A DNA stretch of 55,084 nt from Peptococcales bacterium (GTDB taxonomy: Bacteria > Bacillota > Peptococcia > Peptococcales > BICA1-8): positions 1-55,084 of the forward strand of contig JBMNUR010000001.1 of the NCBI GenBank assembly GCA_050946395.1, read 5' to 3'. The position numbers were made by a program, and so were the translations under genes. The notes below the pieces were generated by a model. The model did no database searches. It saw nothing but the letters and a program-made list of their open reading frames with translations, and was not told the origin of the DNA. Shown here one piece after another: positions 16,997-26,681 of this stretch (position 1 is its first letter; the number at the start of each line of letters is the position of its first letter).

Positions 16997-17476
16997 CTAT
17001 CTCCCCAGTCCCACTGCTTCCAATAGTTCTTCCTCTCTATTACGCATGATAACCTTATCCTCTTCATTCATATGATCATACCCTAAAAGATGTAATAAAC
17101 CATGGACCATAAGGTAAGCTATTTCCCGCTCAATAGAATGACCATATTCCTTTGCTTGATGGAGAGCTTTTTCCAAAGAGATAATAATATCGCCTAGGAG
17201 TATTTCTTCCTCTTCATCAACTATCGGTATTTCATCTTCAGTTGTCTCTAAAAGAGCAAATGAAAGGACATCGGTAGGTTTATCCTGACCCCGATAAGTC
17301 TTGTTTAATTCTTGAATACCCGCATTATCAACAAAAACTAAACTTATTTCTGCCTTAGGATCAATATTTTCTAAAATCAAACACCGGTCAGCAATATTTG
17401 TTAGGTTAGCCTCCCACTGGGGGTGCAGGGGGATTTTTGCCTGTTGGTTGCTTAGAATCAGCGCCACTCTTTTCAC
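16997..17476 (-). CDS. ybeY: rRNA maturation endoribonuclease YbeY
   Basis: The [11 protein letters not shown] zinc motif is present. GTG at 17476 or GTG at 17465-17467 (AAGGTGA upstream) could be the start. The ORF overlaps the pgpH 3' end. Confidence 0.9.
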   Translation of the reverse strand: MKRVALILSNQQAKIPLHPQWEANLTNIADRCLILENIDPKAEISLVFVDNAGIQELNKTYRGQDKPTDVLSFALLETTEDEIPIVDEEEEILLGDIIISLEKALHQAKEYGHSIEREIAYLMVHGLLHLLGYDHMNEEDKVIMRNREEELLEAVGLGR

Positions 17477-19595
17477 CTTTCTTTTCTAAACCTCTTAGGA
17501 TACTTTCCGGATACTCAATCCGGTGATGAAAAATTCCATTTAATACTCGAACAAAGGCATTGGTTATTTTATCCAAATCTCTAAATGTAAGGTCACATTC
17601 ATCTAGCTGCCCATCATTTAAACGGTCTTTGAGGATATTGCGAACTAGGCCTTCAATTTTACCCGGAGTTATTTGTTTCATAGATCTGGCAGCTGCCTCT
17701 ACATTATCAGCTAACATAATAAGAGCAGCTTCTTTACTTTGAGGCTTTGGTCCATCATAGCGAAAATCCTCTTCATTAATAGTCTCTTCTTTACTTGCTT
17801 CTAATGCTTTATGGTAAAAGAATTTGACTAGGCTCACACCATGATGTTGACCAATCATGTCTATAATAACTTGAGGTAAACCATAATTTTTAGCAAGTTC
17901 TACCCCTTCTTTCACATGTGAAGTTATAATTAAAGTACTTAAAGGAGCTGCAATTTTATCATGAGGGTTTTCTCCTGCAATTTGATTTTCCACAAAGAAA
18001 TAGGGTCGTTTAGTTTTCCCAATATCATGGTAATATGCCCCCACTCTTACAAGGAGTGATTCAGCCCCAATAGCTTCGGCAGCCGCTTCCCCTAAATTAC
18101 CTACCAGGATACTATGATGATAGGTGCCAGGTGCTTCTAATAGTAATTTTTTTAGCAGAGGGTGGTTAGGATTAGACAATTCTAACAACCTTACTGAAGT
18201 TGTTATACCAAAAGCACTTTCTAGATAAGGTAATAAACCAATTGTCAGAACCGATGATAAAAGGCCATTAGCTATGCCAAAGCCCGTGCCAAAGGCAACT
18301 TCCTGCCAGGTTAAGTTGTTCAATAATCCTAAAGAAACCACGCTGACCGTGTTTGCCAGACCGATCCATAGCCCTGCTTTTGCTAAATCAGAACGTTGGC
18401 TTAGATAGGAAACACTATAGACACCCACTAAACCACCTGTTAAAGCAGTTAGGACAAAAGTTATATTTCCGGTAAATAAACCTACAAACATAGAAAATAT
18501 GACTGTCATAAAAATGGCAATTTTTAAATCTAACAAAATAGCGATAAGCATAGTTCCTGCGGCAACAGGAATCATATGTCCAACCTGCTGGGCTCGCTCA
18601 GGAATATTACTTAGGTTAATCGATAAAATAAACTTACATAAAACTAAGGTAACTATGGCTAAAAGCATTAAAAGAACTAAATATTTCTCATTACGATAAA
18701 GCTCTTTACAATAATGCCGGAGATACAAAGTCGCTAAAATAATCATTAACCCTGTAAAAAGAGCTAAACCAGAAAGAATTATGGTTGGTGAAGCATTATT
18801 TTTATAACCCAACCAAGTCAAAATATTTACCTGCCGGGTAGTTAAAACATCACCGGCACTGACAATTCGCTCATTTTTTTGAATGACTACATTGACAGGC
18901 TCCACTTCTTCCATGGCCTGCCGTCTTTTTTCCTCAGTGGCCTGCTCACTATAGGTTAAGTTAGGCCTAAATTCTGTAGCATCTAAAATTCCTTTAATCA
19001 ACTGTCGATAAGCCGTATTTATATCCAAAAGGTCGATTTCAGAATAAATTTTATCCTTAGCAAAAGGTAAATTTTCGTTACCAACACCAGCAGCCATAGT
19101 ATTACTAACTATTTTTATAGTTTGAGCTTCCATTTTTTCAATTTGTTCAGGCTCCAATTTAAGAACTTCTAGCCATTGTCCCTCGGACATGGGCCATTTT
19201 AAAGAGTTCAAAGCCTGTAATTTATCTTCTTCAGATAAATTAGGATTTATCTTTACACCTAATACCTTTTTAAAATTGGAACTAATTTGGCTCCTTAGTC
19301 TTTCCCAAACTTCGGGATTTAATTCATAGACAGGTTTTACACTCTGATAGGCTTCCTGTCTTTTTTGCTCAGTAGCCCCTTCATCTTCGAAAGTCAAATA
19401 ACGGTTGGCGGAAATATCAACAGGACTAACTTGTCCAACTTCCAAGGGCACTTGGTCGGGTAAAAAATGTAGTGAAAAAAGCCCCATAGTTATCGCAAAA
19501 AATAAAAGACACCAAAGCGTTCTGCGCACTTTAGTATATCCTAACCAACCGGTTAAAAATTTCGGTAATTTGATTTTAAACTTTTTATTTGCCAT
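17406..19595 (-). CDS. pgpH: 7TM-HD membrane phosphodiesterase PgpH (YqfF family)
   Basis: 729 aa with an extracellular domain, 7 TM segments and an HD domain ([16 protein letters not shown]). ATG follows GAGGAGG. Confidence 0.9.
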   Translation of the reverse strand: MANKKFKIKLPKFLTGWLGYTKVRRTLWCLLFFAITMGLFSLHFLPDQVPLEVGQVSPVDISANRYLTFEDEGATEQKRQEAYQSVKPVYELNPEVWERLRSQISSNFKKVLGVKINPNLSEEDKLQALNSLKWPMSEGQWLEVLKLEPEQIEKMEAQTIKIVSNTMAAGVGNENLPFAKDKIYSEIDLLDINTAYRQLIKGILDATEFRPNLTYSEQATEEKRRQAMEEVEPVNVVIQKNERIVSAGDVLTTRQVNILTWLGYKNNASPTIILSGLALFTGLMIILATLYLRHYCKELYRNEKYLVLLMLLAIVTLVLCKFILSINLSNIPERAQQVGHMIPVAAGTMLIAILLDLKIAIFMTVIFSMFVGLFTGNITFVLTALTGGLVGVYSVSYLSQRSDLAKAGLWIGLANTVSVVSLGLLNNLTWQEVAFGTGFGIANGLLSSVLTIGLLPYLESAFGITTSVRLLELSNPNHPLLKKLLLEAPGTYHHSILVGNLGEAAAEAIGAESLLVRVGAYYHDIGKTKRPYFFVENQIAGENPHDKIAAPLSTLIITSHVKEGVELAKNYGLPQVIIDMIGQHHGVSLVKFFYHKALEASKEETINEEDFRYDGPKPQSKEAALIMLADNVEAAARSMKQITPGKIEGLVRNILKDRLNDGQLDECDLTFRDLDKITNAFVRVLNGIFHHRIEYPESILRGLEKKGEKSGADSKQPTGKNPPAPPVGG

Positions 19596-19600
19596 GAGAG

Positions 19601-20581
19601 TTACCTCCTCTCGTCTACCTCTGGAACATACTCTTCATAAGCAGCAATTATCTTGGAAACCACCGGATGTCGTACCACATCAGCTCTAGTTAAATAGAGA
19701 AATCCTATTTCAGGAATGTTTTGGAGGATTTTTTGCACCAATACCAAGCCGGATTCGTTATTTTTAGGTAAATCAACTTGTGTTACATCCCCCGTAACAA
19801 CCGCCTTAGAACCAAAACCAATTCGGGTTAAAAACATTTTCATTTGCTCAGGAGTTGTATTTTGCGCTTCATCTAAAATAATAAAAGAATCATCAAGAGT
19901 TCTTCCCCGCATGTAAGCCAAAGGGGCAATTTCAATAATCCTTTTTTCCATATAACGCTGAGCCGTTTCGATACCTAAAACATCATAAAGGCCATCATAG
20001 AGGGGTCTTAAATAGGGATCTACCTTATCTTGCAGATCTCCTGGTAAGAAACCCAATTTTTCCCCGGCTTCTACGGCGGGCCTAGTTAGAATTATCCGTT
20101 GCACATCCTTATTACGCAAGGCCTTAACAGCCATAACTACAGCTAAGTAAGTTTTACCCGTTCCAGCCGGGCCGATACCAAAAACAATATCTTTTTCTTT
20201 CATAGCCTTTATATATTTATACTGTCCCAAAGTTTTAGGACGAATTTGTTTGCCGCGAGCAGTAATTTGCAGTACCTCAGAAAGATATTCTGATATTTTC
20301 TCATCCGGTTCCCGAGAAATAAGTGTTAAGGCATAGTTAATATCTGGAATATTAATATTCTTGCCATTATTAATTAACTCAAGTAAGTGATCAAATAGTT
20401 GTTTAGCTGCACGCACCTCCTCTAGAGAACCCGATATTACAATTTCTTCACCTCGGGCTACAATTTTAGCTGAAAAGTTTTTTTCGATAAACTTGAGATT
20501 CATATCCTGCATCCCAAAAAGCATGGATGCCTGTTTAGTATCTTTAAGAGCAATCTTAACTTCATGGTGATTATTTGACAA
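19601..20581 (-). CDS. phoH: PhoH-like ATPase (YbeZ)
   Basis: 326 aa with Walker A GPAGTGKTYLA. TTG start as given in the ORF track. Confidence 0.9.
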   Translation of the reverse strand: MSNNHHEVKIALKDTKQASMLFGMQDMNLKFIEKNFSAKIVARGEEIVISGSLEEVRAAKQLFDHLLELINNGKNINIPDINYALTLISREPDEKISEYLSEVLQITARGKQIRPKTLGQYKYIKAMKEKDIVFGIGPAGTGKTYLAVVMAVKALRNKDVQRIILTRPAVEAGEKLGFLPGDLQDKVDPYLRPLYDGLYDVLGIETAQRYMEKRIIEIAPLAYMRGRTLDDSFIILDEAQNTTPEQMKMFLTRIGFGSKAVVTGDVTQVDLPKNNESGLVLVQKILQNIPEIGFLYLTRADVVRHPVVSKIIAAYEEYVPEVDERR

Positions 20582-20748
20582 AATTAATGTATACCTCCTA
20601 TTAGTGGCTAGTTTTGGGTTATTTATTGGGTAAGTATTCAGTGCTCCTTGCTATGACACGATGTCACGATATAACCTTTTTTATTTTCAAAACTGTAGTT
20701 CCTGTAGGTACGGGCGAAGCCCTAAATATGCTACGGGGCGTAGCCCCT

Positions 20749-20968
20749 CAGAATGTAGACAAACTCCATATTTATCAACGTTACGCTGGCTCAGACAATT
20801 TATTGTGAATGAACTCAACGGCTTCAGGAATTAGCAAAACTCACCTTCGGTTCAAACAGTTGCTAATTCTGGTCTTCAGCCGTCTGCGTTCTTTGTTCTA
20901 AACTCGCCAAATGCTTCACTTATGATAAAAATATATGGATTTTGTTTTGAATAACTTTGTCAACAGGC
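20749..20968 (+). repeat. 220-bp imperfect-palindrome element, copy A (MITE-like or structured RNA)
   Basis: About 95% identical by eye to the reverse complement of 44767-45060, except for the apical segment. Termini are TGTAGACAAACT / ACTTTGTCAACA (10/12 TIR). It is flanked by GCTACGGGGCGTAGCC on both sides. Confidence 0.8.
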
Positions 20969-21006
20969 TACGGGGCGTAGCCTCTAAGTTATTATACCCC
21001 AATATT

Positions 21007-22242
21007 TTATTGCGTGCCAACATTAGATATGAGATATGGTACTGCAATGTTCTCCAAGATCTTCCAGGTAACTTCTACTACAACCTTATCTTCCCTATCT
21101 ATGGGGATGATTTGAACCGATTTTTCCAGTACTTTGGCATCATCAGTTAAGAGGCAACTTAAATCTTTTTCCGCCCGCCTAATAGCTTCATGATAAGCTT
21201 CTTCCTGTCCATAAGAATTTACCAAACGTTTTTCCTCCCAAAAGACATTCGTTATTAATTCGACAGGCACCTGGATATTCCTCCACGAAGGAAATGTTTT
21301 TATAGTAGTTTCCAAATCATAATACTTATAGGGGGATTGTGCTTCCCCTTTTAATACAATTATTTCTTTCCCTATTTTTAATAAAACCTGTTCACTTTTC
21401 ATCCCGGTTTTTGTAATTTCCGTTTCTAAAAATTCACAAGAATTTTGCCTTGTAAGTTTTACTATGGCCCGTACTACACCTTTAGCACGTACCAATGTAG
21501 GTTCACCTGCTGGTGTATGTGTGCCATCTTCATTAAGATGTATTTCAGGATAAACTAAACCGGAAATAAGGATTTGCCCTTGTTTAATTTGATCCCCTTC
21601 TTTAACCTGAGGAGTACCCACAAGTACTAACATTTCTTTAATTATTCCTGATTCCTTAGCCACTAAATGAGCATAATTATGGTCATCAGTTTCGGGAATT
21701 AATACTTTTTCTGAAATTTCAATAGTAACTTTTGTTCCTTGAATACTTATACCTACCCAAGCCAGTTTAGGATGGGCATCAAGTAAAGCAGTTTCCAATT
21801 TATCAATATCAATTTTTTTTCTTACTACACCGGGTTTTAATCCCCAGTGACTGGCCAATTCCTTAATCTCACTGGTTGTTAAATCTTCATTACCTTTTAC
21901 ATCAATCACCCAAACAAAAGAGGTTAAAATATATATACTTAAAAAAAACAATAGGCTGCCTAAAGCTAAAGTTTTTCTACGTTTGATAAGTTTAATCTGA
22001 AAAGGAAGGCCCCGTCGATCATAAACTTTTATTCGGCAAGAACAAGCTCTACTTATGCGTGCTAAGGGCCTAAAGGCATATAACCTTATTTTCATACTAA
22101 TTCTATTTTCGCCAATTTGCTTTATATCCCATAAAAAAATTCCCCGGGTTAAAGCCATATTAATTACTTTTTCGGGAAATTGTCCTTCAATTATTATTAT
22201 CAAATAACCCACTAAATAGGAATACCACCGCAATTTTTTCAA
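21007..22242 (-). CDS. yqfD: sporulation protein YqfD
   Basis: 411 aa. ...IIIEGQFPEKVINMALTRGIFLWDI... plus one TM segment is the typical YqfD architecture, and it follows yqfC. Confidence 0.88.
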   Translation of the reverse strand: MKKLRWYSYLVGYLIIIIEGQFPEKVINMALTRGIFLWDIKQIGENRISMKIRLYAFRPLARISRACSCRIKVYDRRGLPFQIKLIKRRKTLALGSLLFFLSIYILTSFVWVIDVKGNEDLTTSEIKELASHWGLKPGVVRKKIDIDKLETALLDAHPKLAWVGISIQGTKVTIEISEKVLIPETDDHNYAHLVAKESGIIKEMLVLVGTPQVKEGDQIKQGQILISGLVYPEIHLNEDGTHTPAGEPTLVRAKGVVRAIVKLTRQNSCEFLETEITKTGMKSEQVLLKIGKEIIVLKGEAQSPYKYYDLETTIKTFPSWRNIQVPVELITNVFWEEKRLVNSYGQEEAYHEAIRRAEKDLSCLLTDDAKVLEKSVQIIPIDREDKVVVEVTWKILENIAVPYLISNVGTQ

Positions 22243-22270
22243 ACCCCCTCTTTAGTGACTGGTGACTAGT

Positions 22271-22307
22271 AATCCGTTTATCCATGTGCCCAGAAGGCCT
22301 CGTGGTT
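22271..22307. repeat. AACCACGG-type module (inverted)
   Basis: AATCCGTTTATCCATGTGCCCAGAAGGCCTCGTGGTT. Confidence 0.65.
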
Positions 22308-22320
22308 GAATTCTCGCCAA

Positions 22321-22602
22321 CTATCTCATAAACCCAACTTCTTGGATTTTCCCATCAATGTATATCTCTTCTACACTAATATTTCTTAAAACTAATTCTT
22401 CACCTTTTATAATTAATTGCCCCAAGGAGGTACTAAGTCTTACCAATTCGTTAGTATATTCAATTATCCCCCGATGATTTTCAATATAAATCTGAATATC
22501 TCCGATTACTGTTAACTTAGGTAAATCTAACATCACATCTTTAGGCATATCTAAAATACTGGAAAACCTATTTTTGATATTTTTGCTATTATTAAAAGGC
22601 AT
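22321..22602 (-). CDS. yqfC: sporulation protein YqfC
   Basis: 93 aa. ...LDLPKLTVIGDIQIYIENHRGIIEY... is typical of YqfC. ATG follows GAGGGGG. Confidence 0.88.
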   Translation of the reverse strand: MPFNNSKNIKNRFSSILDMPKDVMLDLPKLTVIGDIQIYIENHRGIIEYTNELVRLSTSLGQLIIKGEELVLRNISVEEIYIDGKIQEVGFMR

Positions 22603-22609
22603 AGAAAAA

Positions 22610-22647
22610 CCCCCTCTTTCCTTAAATTTATGCCGGAAAAAGGGGGG
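22610..22647 (-). promoter_or_regulatory. hairpin pairing the yqfC Shine-Dalgarno
   Basis: Minus strand reads CCCCCCUUUUUCC-GGCAUAAAUUUAA-GGAAAGAGGGGG, giving 12 pairs with one bulge and one G-U. The 3' arm contains the SD GAGGGGG. Confidence 0.45.
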
Positions 22648-22657
22648 ATATGCCTAT

Positions 22658-22741
22658 TAGTTACTAGTGGCTAGTGACTAGTGTTTGGTTTAATTTATTT
22701 GGTTAGGTCGATAGTCGATAGTCAATGGTCTACGGTCTATT
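22658..22741. repeat. two in-phase heptamer arrays
   Basis: 22658-22685 reads TAGTTAC TAGTGGC TAGTGAC TAGTGTT. 22707-22741 reads GTCGATA GTCGATA GTCAATG GTCTACG GTCTATT. Confidence 0.75.
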
Positions 22742-22750
22742 AGCTAACAT

Positions 22751-22810
22751 GTCATTGCAAGCCGATAGGCGTTGCGGGATCGCCACGTCGCTAACGCTCC
22801 TCGCGATGAC
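22751..22810. repeat. GTCAT...ATGAC imperfect palindrome
   Basis: GTCATTGCAAGCCGATAGGCGTTGCGG-GATCGCCACGTCGCTAACGCTCCTCGCGATGAC. The right arm is the 33-mer with 1 mismatch. Confidence 0.8.
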
Positions 22811-22872
22811 AAAATAGCGACTTAACAGGTTGGAATCTTAATCTATATTTACTGTAGGTGCCGAGTTAAGGG

Positions 22873-23424
22873 CTAGCCCCTGGTGAACTTTTTCTTTGCC
22901 CGGGGCGGGCCTAAAACTTCCGCCCAGACTATACCATTAACAACTGCCTTTTTATCTATATCATTTAAACCATAGTCAAAAGTTTGCCATTCCTCTTCTT
23001 GAATTTCAATAAATGTTGGGGCGACCTTCTCTTTAACTTTCGGCATATTTAAAACTTGCGGTTTTTCCCTTTTGTCAGATTTCGATGTTTCATCTTTAGC
23101 AGCTACTTTTTTAACATCTTTCACATTTTTTGCAGTTTCCCCTTTGGGTAATTCTACCTTGGGTAGTTCCAATGGAAAAGGAAACCATTCAGGCATAGGT
23201 AGTGGTTCGGTCTTAGGTGGGTGAGACGCCTTTTTAGGCTCGGTCCTTGGCTGTTCAAAAACATTAGGCCGAGGCGTGGTTTTAGTCCTTGGTTTATCTC
23301 CTTGACGGCCAGCATGTTTTCTTTTAGCTTCATTACTCTTTAATAAACCGCTCACAATAAACCACAAGAAAACTAAAATGCCCATTATATCAAAATCCAG
23401 TGTAAACACCACCTTCCAGAACAT
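22873..23424 (-). CDS. hypothetical membrane-anchored Pro/Lys/Glu-rich protein (yqfB position)
   Basis: 183 aa ORF with an N-terminal TM segment (ILVFLWFIVSGLL), a low-complexity linker, and a C-terminal ...VVNGIVWAEVLGPPRAKKKFTRG. No convincing SD precedes either ATG (23424 or 23385). Confidence 0.55.
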   Translation of the reverse strand: MFWKVVFTLDFDIMGILVFLWFIVSGLLKSNEAKRKHAGRQGDKPRTKTTPRPNVFEQPRTEPKKASHPPKTEPLPMPEWFPFPLELPKVELPKGETAKNVKDVKKVAAKDETSKSDKREKPQVLNMPKVKEKVAPTFIEIQEEEWQTFDYGLNDIDKKAVVNGIVWAEVLGPPRAKKKFTRG

Positions 23425-23449
23425 GGCGGACAGGGTCGTCCGCCCCTAC
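23425..23449 (-). repeat. REP-like GTAG hairpin abutting the ORF start
   Basis: Same sequence as the ybeY terminator copy (16880-16904) but without a U-tract. On the minus strand the hairpin ends directly at ATG 23424. Confidence 0.7.
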
Positions 23450-23515
23450 AAGTGATACAGGTGTGACTTCTAGTCTAGCGAAGCGAAACCTTAACCTCAA
23501 CCTTAACCTTTATTT

Positions 23516-24499
23516 TTACTTCTCATTTTTTTCGGGAGTTGTAGTTCTTGCAATATTTTCCCGCATGGAGGTATCTGCTAAAATATTTTGCATATTAAAG
23601 TAATCCATCACACCAAGTTTGCCTTCTCGTAAAGCTTGGGCCATTGCTCTGGGTACTTCTGCTTCAGCTTCTACAACTTTCGCCCGCATTTCCTGTACTT
23701 TTGCTTTCATTTCCTGTTCAGAAGCTACAGCCATAGCTCTACGCTCTTCAGCCTTAGCTTGAGCAATCTTCTTATCTGCCTCAGCTTGATCCGCCTGTAG
23801 TTCTGCACCTATGTTTTTACCAACATCAACATCAGCAATATCAATAGATAAAATTTCAAAGGCTGTACCTGCATCCAAGCCTTTGGCCAAAACCGTCTTA
23901 GAAATATTATCGGGATTTTCCAAAACATCCTTATGAGATTCAGAACTACCAACAGTAGAAACAATACCTTCTCCAACACGGGCAATAATGGTTTCTTCTC
24001 CCGCGCCCCCTACCAATCTATCAATATTAGCCCTAACTGTAACCCGAGCAGTAGCGACTACCTGGATTCCGTTCTTAGCCATAGCCGATATCTGCGGAGT
24101 TTCGATAACCTTAGGTGTAACAGAAACCATCACAGCTTCTTTAACATCTCTACCAGCTAAATCAATAGCCGCAGCCCGGGAGAAATTGAGTTCAATTCCT
24201 GCTCTTTGAGCAGCAATTAAAGCGTCCACAACCCGGTCCACATTACCACCGGCTAAATAGTGGGCCTCAAGCTTAGAAATGTCTACTTCCATTCCTGCTT
24301 TATCTGCTTTTATTAAGGGCATTACTATCCTAGCAGGAGATACCCTTCTTAAACGCATACCTACAAGAGTAAAAAGGCCTACCTTCACGCCGGCTGCTAA
24401 CGCGGAAATCCAGAGACCCACCGGAATAAAGGTAAATAAAATTACAACTGCTAAAACTACAAATACAAACATGACTAACAGGGTTACATTTAAAAACAT
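23516..24499 (-). CDS. floA: flotillin-like protein FloA (YqfA, UPF0365)
   Basis: 327 aa with an N-terminal TM hairpin and an SPFH-like/Ala-Glu-rich C-terminus. It follows nfeD as in B. subtilis yqeZ-yqfA. Confidence 0.9.
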   Translation of the reverse strand: MFLNVTLLVMFVFVVLAVVILFTFIPVGLWISALAAGVKVGLFTLVGMRLRRVSPARIVMPLIKADKAGMEVDISKLEAHYLAGGNVDRVVDALIAAQRAGIELNFSRAAAIDLAGRDVKEAVMVSVTPKVIETPQISAMAKNGIQVVATARVTVRANIDRLVGGAGEETIIARVGEGIVSTVGSSESHKDVLENPDNISKTVLAKGLDAGTAFEILSIDIADVDVGKNIGAELQADQAEADKKIAQAKAEERRAMAVASEQEMKAKVQEMRAKVVEAEAEVPRAMAQALREGKLGVMDYFNMQNILADTSMRENIARTTTPEKNEK

Positions 24500-24511
24500 A
24501 TACTTCCTCCT

Positions 24512-25819
24512 TTAATCAATTTTTTTAACTATTATCCTATTGCCTTCCACCTTGATAACTTTTACAGGTGTATCTTTTTCTATAAATTCTCCAGCGGTTA
24601 CAACATCAAGGCGGTGACCATTTGTTAGTTCAACCGTTCCTGCAGGCCGCAGAGTTGTCAAGGCTTTACCCTCTTGGTTTATATAATTAGGCAATTCCTG
24701 GCTACTAGCTACATACCCTTCCTCAGTAACCAATTTATTACCTAAAACTAGCCTTTTCCAGAAATTCCTGGTTGTCAAAAACTTCATACTAACAATTACC
24801 AGAATTATTGTTCCAATAATAGCAATGGTTAAGGAAATCAAAGCAGCTTCGAAACTCGGTGAAACTAAGATAATACTGGTAATAAAAGCTAAAAGACCAC
24901 CAATACCAAATATGCCAAACCCCGGGAAAAAGGCTTCCACCACCATAAAGATTAAACCTAGCACAAAAAGAAGTATGGCCTCCCATCCGGAAAATCCGGC
25001 TATTAAGTGACCGCCAAAGAAGAGAACAAGAGACAAAAATCCAATAATACCAAATAATCCAAAACCAGCTGTAAGAACTTCAATAATAAGCCCTGCGATA
25101 CCTACTGTTAATAAAATAGGAGCTACAAATGGGTTGGTAACGAGGCGGGAGATTCTTTCAGCAACTGTAGGATCGGCGGAAAGTATTTGGGCTTGTTCAA
25201 GACCTAAAACCTTCAATAATTCTTCCCTATTACTAACTTGATAATCGGCCATCCCCAATTTTACTGCATCATTGGGTGTAAGGGTCAGTAATTTCCCCTT
25301 AGTTATGACACCTTCTATTTCCATATCCCGGTCGGCAAAAGCTTTAGCTATTTCCGGATTGCGATTATTCGCTTCTGCTACGGCAGCCAATTCTTCCCTC
25401 CAAGCCGAAAGAATTTTTTCATCTGCCGGTTCATTACCGACTCTTGGTTCAGCATCGCCTAGAGTCGAACCTGGCTGCATAGCAATTTGGTCACAACTTA
25501 AAGCAATATAAGAACCGGCGGATAAGGCCTGACTTTTTACTAAGGCAGCAGTAGGAATATCTGAACCCATAATAATATCTTTAATTTCTTTGGCTGCATC
25601 AATGCGTCCACCCGGAGTGTCTATTTCCAATATAATATAATCCACATTTTCGTTGTTAGCTTCTGTAAAAGCTCTTTGGACAAAAGAGGATAAACCTTTT
25701 TCCACCGTTTTTTCGATGGGAACAATCATTACTTTTTGTGTTTCCTCAGCTATAACTGGGGATGTTATTAAAAATAATAAAAAAATTACAATAACTAAAG
25801 CTAAAAGACGTTTGGACAA
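24512..25819 (-). CDS. NfeD-like membrane-bound ClpP-class serine protease (YqeZ)
   Basis: 435 aa with a signal peptide, a ClpP-like domain (DTPGGRIDAA, LSAGSYIAL), TM segments and a C-terminal NfeD OB domain. Confidence 0.88.
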   Translation of the reverse strand: MSKRLLALVIVIFLLFLITSPVIAEETQKVMIVPIEKTVEKGLSSFVQRAFTEANNENVDYIILEIDTPGGRIDAAKEIKDIIMGSDIPTAALVKSQALSAGSYIALSCDQIAMQPGSTLGDAEPRVGNEPADEKILSAWREELAAVAEANNRNPEIAKAFADRDMEIEGVITKGKLLTLTPNDAVKLGMADYQVSNREELLKVLGLEQAQILSADPTVAERISRLVTNPFVAPILLTVGIAGLIIEVLTAGFGLFGIIGFLSLVLFFGGHLIAGFSGWEAILLFVLGLIFMVVEAFFPGFGIFGIGGLLAFITSIILVSPSFEAALISLTIAIIGTIILVIVSMKFLTTRNFWKRLVLGNKLVTEEGYVASSQELPNYINQEGKALTTLRPAGTVELTNGHRLDVVTAGEFIEKDTPVKVIKVEGNRIIVKKID

Positions 25820-25920
25820 AATTTCACCCCTTTTCTGTTTTTATAGTCTCTCCATTTTATTATAACAATAATTTATAAGTGACACCAACTGTATTTTAAT
25901 TATCAATAATTTTTTCAATT

Positions 25921-25945
25921 TAAAAGGCAGTCTGAACAGACTGCC
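25921..25945 (-). terminator. rpsU intrinsic terminator
   Basis: Minus strand reads GGCAGUCUG-UUC-AGACUGCC followed by UUUUA. Confidence 0.8.
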
Positions 25946-25973
25946 TTAGTTTCACAACTAACACATAATTGCT

Positions 25974-26156
25974 TTAACCAAATTTTCTCTTATTTTTCCT
26001 TGCGGCTTCTGATTTTTTCTTACGTCTCACACTAGGTTTTTCATAGTGTTCACGTTTACGACATTCAGATAACACACCAGATTTTTGGCATGACCTTTTA
26101 AATCTACGAAGTGCGCTATCTAAAGTTTCATTTTTACCAACGTATACCTCGCTCAC
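25974..26156 (-). CDS. rpsU: 30S ribosomal protein S21
   Basis: 60 aa. [27 protein letters not shown]... GTG start follows GGAGGGAGGG. Confidence 0.95.
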   Translation of the reverse strand: MSEVYVGKNETLDSALRRFKRSCQKSGVLSECRKREHYEKPSVRRKKKSEAARKNKRKFG

Positions 26157-26244
26157 TTATATCCCTCCCTCCACTACTAACCCCTAACTAAAATCTAAAA
26201 AATGGATTAGCTAACTAGGGAATTTTAAAAATTGCACATTGCTA

Positions 26245-26273
26245 ATTATACTAAAATTTACATATATAATCAA
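26245..26273 (-). promoter_or_regulatory. candidate sigma-A promoter of rpsU
   Basis: Minus strand TTGATT (26273-26268), 17 nt spacer, TATAAT (26250-26245). Confidence 0.55.
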
Positions 26274-26276
26274 GCA

Positions 26277-26621
26277 TTAACCTGGAGGCCATTGCATTTG
26301 TCTTTCCCCTAGTAAATGGAAATGCAAATGACTAACTGTTTGACCACCTTTTTCGCGGCAGTTATTAACTATGCGAAAACCATCTTCGGCTATGCCTTTT
26401 GCCTGGGCAATTTGATTAATAGCTTTAAAAATCTCTTTTACTATATCATATTCTTCTTGGGGTAAAGAAACGATATCGCTAATATGCTTTTTAGGTATAA
26501 CCAATATATGGATAGGTGCCTGGGGATCGATGTCATTAAAAGCAATAATAGAATCATTTTCATAAACAACCTGGGTAGGGATTTCCTTATTTGCTATTTT
26601 GCAAAATATACAATCTGACAC
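26277..26621 (-). CDS. HIT-family (histidine triad) protein
   Basis: 114 aa with the HLHFHLLG triad motif. GTG start follows GGGAGGTG. Confidence 0.9.
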   Translation of the reverse strand: MSDCIFCKIANKEIPTQVVYENDSIIAFNDIDPQAPIHILVIPKKHISDIVSLPQEEYDIVKEIFKAINQIAQAKGIAEDGFRIVNNCREKGGQTVSHLHFHLLGERQMQWPPG

Positions 26622-26681
26622 ACGCTTTCACCTCCCGTATATTAGTTGCTGGTCACTTCATTTTATTCTACACTAATCTGC

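Noticed and set aside
20614-21150. ORFs 20614-20808 (+) and 20935-21150 (+)
   Set aside because: They read through the hairpin words and the 220-bp element (or antisense to yqfD). An indel relative to copy B shifts the frame, so the sequence is not conserved as protein.
23933-24515. Plus-strand ORFs inside floA, and similar antisense ORFs inside feoB, nfeD, prmA, dnaJ, dnaK, the chaperonin, the carboxypeptidase and comEC
   Set aside because: These are typical shadow ORFs opposite long, well-supported genes, with low-complexity translations.
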